NCBI GenBank assembly: GCA_026395055.1
Contig: JAPLZK010000004.1
Coordinates: forward strand, 209,432 to 273,431
Length of the DNA stretch: 64,000 nucleotides
From: Candidatus Uhrbacteria bacterium
GTDB taxonomy: Bacteria > Patescibacteriota > Patescibacteriia > UBA9934 > GWF2-40-263
Reading direction: 5' to 3'
The notes under the pieces are model-generated. The model saw only the letters and a program-made list of their open reading frames with translations, had not been told where the DNA came from and made no database searches. The translations under genes were made by a program, and so were the position numbers. Below, in pieces: positions 60,428-64,000 of the stretch (position 1 is its first letter; each line of letters begins with the position of its first letter).

Positions 60428-60985
60428 TCAGGCGAGGCGCAGATTTCGGTTGTATCTCTTTCCAGTGCAAAACTCGTATTTTTCCCAGGTGGGACAATTT
60501 GGGTTGTTGCACATTTCAACGAACTTCTTTTCGACGTCGACGATGGCCCCGCATTCGCAGGTCCATGTTTTGTGTGCTTGGACACCGTGATAGGTGTCGA
60601 ATCCGCAATGTAGCTTGCGTTGTTCGCGTTCGATCCACCAGATAACGGCTGAGAATAAGTCTTCGAAGTCCTCGTCTTTTTTGAGGAGTTGAAGATCGAA
60701 TTCGTGTCGAATGAACAGATCTGAGTCTGCGAGGGCGGGATGTTTCCGCGAAGAGTCGAAGTCTAAACGCGTGATCTTTCTTTGCATCAGGCCAACGACG
60801 CATGGGCGCAGTTTGTTTGCGAGTCCGTGCGGAAGGCTGTCGAATGTGGTCGTGAGCGCTCTTGGGGTGTAAAAGTGCGCCCAGTCCTTGTCGTGGAGAT
60901 CAGGGACAATGACAAGACGCACAGAAGGCGGGGGTGGGGTATAAACGCGTTCTTCACCAAATTCTTCTGACGCATCTTCGGACAT
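60428..60985 (-). CDS. hypothetical protein with C-terminal zinc ribbon (orphan)
   Basis: GGAGGTGA SD; CECG..CNNPNC. Confidence 0.7.
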   Translation of the reverse strand: MSEDASEEFGEERVYTPPPPSVRLVIVPDLHDKDWAHFYTPRALTTTFDSLPHGLANKLRPCVVGLMQRKITRLDFDSSRKHPALADSDLFIRHEFDLQLLKKDEDFEDLFSAVIWWIEREQRKLHCGFDTYHGVQAHKTWTCECGAIVDVEKKFVEMCNNPNCPTWEKYEFCTGKRYNRNLRLA

Positions 60986-61052
60986 GTCACCTCCAAAGAA
61001 GAACCGTTTGCAGAGTAACAGATGCAGAAAAAAAATGGTATACTGGCACTAC

Positions 61053-62450
61053 ATGTTTCACAAAATTACCGAAAAAACCTTTTATCAGTACGTGAAGTGC
61101 CCACATTGGGTGTATTTTGATGTGCACGCAGATCGAAAACGTCCACATCATCCGCTCATGGAGCGACTTATTGATGACGGAATGATTGATGCTAGGCAGC
61201 GTGATGTTATTTCAGATCGTGAGGATGTCGCAGAAGTGATGGCAGAAGATCCAGATGAAGCGTTTAAACAAACGCTCGCATTTATGGCAGAAGGTCGCCA
61301 AACCATTTTTCATGGTGTGCTTGTTGATCGCCACTGGGTTGGACATCCAGATGTTCTTGAAAAGGTCGAGGGTGTCTCGCGATTAGGAAATCATTACTAT
61401 GTTGCTTGTGATATTAAGCGTTCACGCTATCTGCGCGATGAGTTTAAATTTCAAGGATGTTTTTACGCAGAACTTCTCTCGAAAATTCAAGAAGTAAAAC
61501 CGGTGAATGGATACGTGATCACTCCAGACAAAACGGTTTTGTCGTATCCGGTTGAAGAAATGGAAGCACAGTTTCATTTGAACTTGATGGAGATTGAAAA
61601 AATTATTGCAGGAATCAAGCCGGCACATTTTGTCACAACGGGGTGTAAACAATCACCTTGGTTTTCGGAATGTCGAACAGAATCGGAATCGTGCGATGAT
61701 TTGTCGCTTTTGAATCGTGTGTGGAGAGAAGAGGTTGTGGCACTTCACACATCAAATATCAATACGATCTCAGAACTTTCAAAACTTTCTTTGGCGGAAT
61801 TGGAACGTCGCGCGCCAAACGTGAGTGTTGCTCGATTGGAAATCATGCACGACCAAGCGATTGCGATTAAACAAGGGAAGCACTTCATCCGAAAATCCAT
61901 TGAACTTCCAAAAGCAGACATTGAACTTTACTTTGATATTGAAAGTGATCCACTTCGCGATTTTGATTATTTGTTTGGTGTGCTTAAGGTTGAAAACGGA
62001 AAAGAAAGTTTTCATCCATTCATGGCAGATTCCGCCGCACAAGAATCAAACATGTGGCTTGAGTTTTGTGATTTTATCGCACAGCATCTTGAAGCGCCTA
62101 TTTATCATTACGGCTATTTTGAACAAGAGGTTGTCAGACGATTTGCATCACGTTATGGAATTTCTGAGATCGTGCAAGAAGCGCTTGATCGTAATATGAT
62201 TGATCTCATCGAACTCATTCGACCGGCGATTATTTTTCCTCTCTCATTTTATTCGCTGAAAGATATTGCAAGTTATATTGGGTTTCACTGGCGTGCAGAC
62301 GATGCATCCGGCGCAAACTCTGTGATCTGGTTTGAGGAGTGGTTGTCCTCCAAGAGTCCAACAACTCTACAAAAGATTATGGAATATAACGAAGACGATG
62401 TTCTTGCAACGTGGAAATTAAAAGGTTGGCTTACTAAACACGCCAATTAA
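61053..62450 (+). CDS. TM0106-family RecB-like nuclease with RNase H-like domain
   Basis: PD..DIK, YFDIES, SYSLK-like FYSLK, YNEDDV. Confidence 0.85.
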   Translation: MFHKITEKTFYQYVKCPHWVYFDVHADRKRPHHPLMERLIDDGMIDARQRDVISDREDVAEVMAEDPDEAFKQTLAFMAEGRQTIFHGVLVDRHWVGHPDVLEKVEGVSRLGNHYYVACDIKRSRYLRDEFKFQGCFYAELLSKIQEVKPVNGYVITPDKTVLSYPVEEMEAQFHLNLMEIEKIIAGIKPAHFVTTGCKQSPWFSECRTESESCDDLSLLNRVWREEVVALHTSNINTISELSKLSLAELERRAPNVSVARLEIMHDQAIAIKQGKHFIRKSIELPKADIELYFDIESDPLRDFDYLFGVLKVENGKESFHPFMADSAAQESNMWLEFCDFIAQHLEAPIYHYGYFEQEVVRRFASRYGISEIVQEALDRNMIDLIELIRPAIIFPLSFYSLKDIASYIGFHWRADDASGANSVIWFEEWLSSKSPTTLQKIMEYNEDDVLATWKLKGWLTKHAN

Positions 62451-62453
62451 TGA

Positions 62454-62488
62454 GACCACCCCCAACCCCTCCTTTTAAAGGAGGGGAG
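62454..62488 (+). repeat. REP-like hairpin repeat, copy 3
   Basis: GACCACCCCCAACCCCTCCTTTTAAAGGAGGGGAG. Confidence 0.85.
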
Positions 62489-62498
62489 CTTGAATCCT

Positions 62499-63305
62499 AT
62501 GAAAAAAAGAGATTGGTTCATTGTTGCGATCATTGTTCTTCTTGCGATTGGAACATTTGTGTATTTCGACCGTGTGCAGATTTTGGAATTTGCGCGTGAA
62601 CAAAAACGAGAAGTTCTCCCAGAAGCAATGGGATACGAAGAGGTGGAAACAAAAACAATCCCTGTTTCAACAAAGCCAGCTGCAACAAAAACAACACAAC
62701 CGTCTGTGTCTGTAAAAAAGATTGCGGAAGAACTGAATCTTGCGGTTCCATTTACTTCGCAAGCCCCAACGGGAAATTGGGCAGAGCCATACCAAGATTC
62801 CTGTGAGGAAGCGTCTGTTCTTATGGCACACGAATATTACGCAGGAAACAAATCAAAGGTGATTGATCCTGTGTCCGCAGAAACGTCTTTGCAAGAAATT
62901 GTTGCTCTCGAGAATAAGCTCTTTGGGTATTATATTGATACAACGGCTGCACAGACGGCGCAATTTGCGGAAAAAGAATATGGATACGCAAAAAGTGAGC
63001 TTATTTTGAACCCAACCGTTATTCAAATCAAAGAATATTTGAATAAAGGGGAGCCTGTGCTTGTGCCGGCGGCTGCACAGTTGTTAAAAAATCCGTACTT
63101 CACCCCACCAGGACCTGTGTATCACATGCTTGTGATTCGAGGGTATACAAAAGACAATAAGTTTATTACGAATGATCCTGGAACGAAGCATGGAGAGGCG
63201 TATCTCTATTCGTTTGACACAATCTTAAACGCCATGCACGATTGGGACGCAAAAGATATTCTGAGCGGGAAAAAAGTCATTTTGATCTTGCATCCCAAAA
63301 AATAA
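62499..63305 (+). CDS. C39-like peptidase, membrane-anchored
   Basis: VPFTSQAP, CEEAS, HMLVIRGY, NDPG. Confidence 0.85.
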   Translation: MKKRDWFIVAIIVLLAIGTFVYFDRVQILEFAREQKREVLPEAMGYEEVETKTIPVSTKPAATKTTQPSVSVKKIAEELNLAVPFTSQAPTGNWAEPYQDSCEEASVLMAHEYYAGNKSKVIDPVSAETSLQEIVALENKLFGYYIDTTAAQTAQFAEKEYGYAKSELILNPTVIQIKEYLNKGEPVLVPAAAQLLKNPYFTPPGPVYHMLVIRGYTKDNKFITNDPGTKHGEAYLYSFDTILNAMHDWDAKDILSGKKVILILHPKK

Positions 63306-63307
63306 CT

Positions 63308-63781
63308 ATGGATTACATTCTTGGCGCAGCACTTGGTGGTCTTATCTCGTTTGCGTATTCCATTCCCGCAATCATTCTCGAGTTGATTGAGCGCGGTAAA
63401 TCAACCCTTGCGCCGCCTGTCATTACGGTCAAAACCATTTTCGGATATCCTATCAAAAAACAAGAAGCGTTTTCTGTTGGATTGTTGCTTCATCTTGTGA
63501 TTGGCATGTTGTTTGGATCGGTTTATGTGTTGTTCGTTGAGCGTGGATGGTTATTTGTTACACATCACGCCTATAAGTTTGATTCGTTCCTGGTTTATGG
63601 ATTTCTGAGTTGGATCTTTGTGAATCTCACAATTTATCCAGCGCTCCAAATGGGGTTGTTTGGTCGTCGTGAAGGAAAAGGGATTTGGCTTGAGACGCTC
63701 GTCTCCCATTTGCTGCTTGGGGTGACCATGGCTGGAATCGTCTTCTGGTTTCAACCGTTTTATTTTTCTGTGATCCGATAA
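63308..63781 (+). CDS. 4-TM membrane protein
   Basis: HLVIG and SHLLLG; hydrophobic. Confidence 0.7.
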   Translation: MDYILGAALGGLISFAYSIPAIILELIERGKSTLAPPVITVKTIFGYPIKKQEAFSVGLLLHLVIGMLFGSVYVLFVERGWLFVTHHAYKFDSFLVYGFLSWIFVNLTIYPALQMGLFGRREGKGIWLETLVSHLLLGVTMAGIVFWFQPFYFSVIR

Positions 63782-63783
63782 AC

Positions 63784-64000
63784 ATGGAACCTGTCATTTT
63801 ACACGTTGCGGATTATTTATCGCTTTTAAACGAAGTTCTCCATGATCGCGTTCCTTCGAACGAGATTCTGATTGAGGGAGAAGTTTCTGATTATCGCGTC
63901 GCCCAACAAAAGTGGGTGAGTTTTGATTTGAAAGATGAAAAGGCAGAGGCAGTCTTGAAATGTTTTGCCACAACATGGCAGATTACAACGCCTATCGAGG
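63784..64000 (+). CDS. xseA: exodeoxyribonuclease VII large subunit, 5' part (runs off the window)
   Basis: VADYLSLLN..IEGEVSDY..FDLKDE OB-fold N-terminus. Confidence 0.75.
   Translation, partial: MEPVILHVADYLSLLNEVLHDRVPSNEILIEGEVSDYRVAQQKWVSFDLKDEKAEAVLKCFATTWQITTPIE

Noticed and set aside
61053-62450. TM0106 nuclease as Cas4 or a defence system
   Set aside because: It stands alone with no cas or defence neighbours, and the family is widespread.

Overview
A 64 kb, gene-dense bacterial chromosomal segment read with the standard code (TGA is a stop). It looks like a Patescibacteria/CPR genome (Parcubacteria-like; inferred from gene content, mostly SD-less starts and typical small repeats). 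Most genes are housekeeping: miaB-miaA, gatB, secE-nusG-rplK-rplA, gyrB, rodA, rplY, rpmE-prfA-prmC, queA, ddl, rpsB-tsf, gap-pgk-eno-gpmI, nth, mltG, a pcrA/uvrD helicase, malic enzyme, lexA-dinB, and a partial xseA. Monocistronic orphan genes are scattered among them. I saw no CRISPR array, tRNA, rRNA, integrase or transposase. Two things stand out. (1) A pyrimidine nucleotide cluster at 8.3-14.9 kb. Its ThyA homologue has Asp at the dUMP-specifying Asn (GLPFD) and Tyr at the His after the catalytic Cys, the signature of dCMP-modifying enzymes. Next to it are a DHFR, a dCMP deaminase fused to an N-glycosidase-like domain, a Dcd homologue lacking its catalytic Glu, and a kinase-PP-loop fusion. 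Together they suggest an unconventional 5-methyl-dCMP-based pathway. (2) A roughly 710 nt, apparently non-coding unit at 25346-26060 (minus strand) with its own promoter and terminator, many UUCG/GNRA hairpins and crossing long-range helices: a candidate large structured ncRNA. Also notable are a degenerate MetK, a stand-alone sigma70 region-4 protein with an altered recognition helix, and GTTC-N7-GTTC boxes over the lexA promoter. All assignments come from reading motifs by eye; no database search or folding was run.
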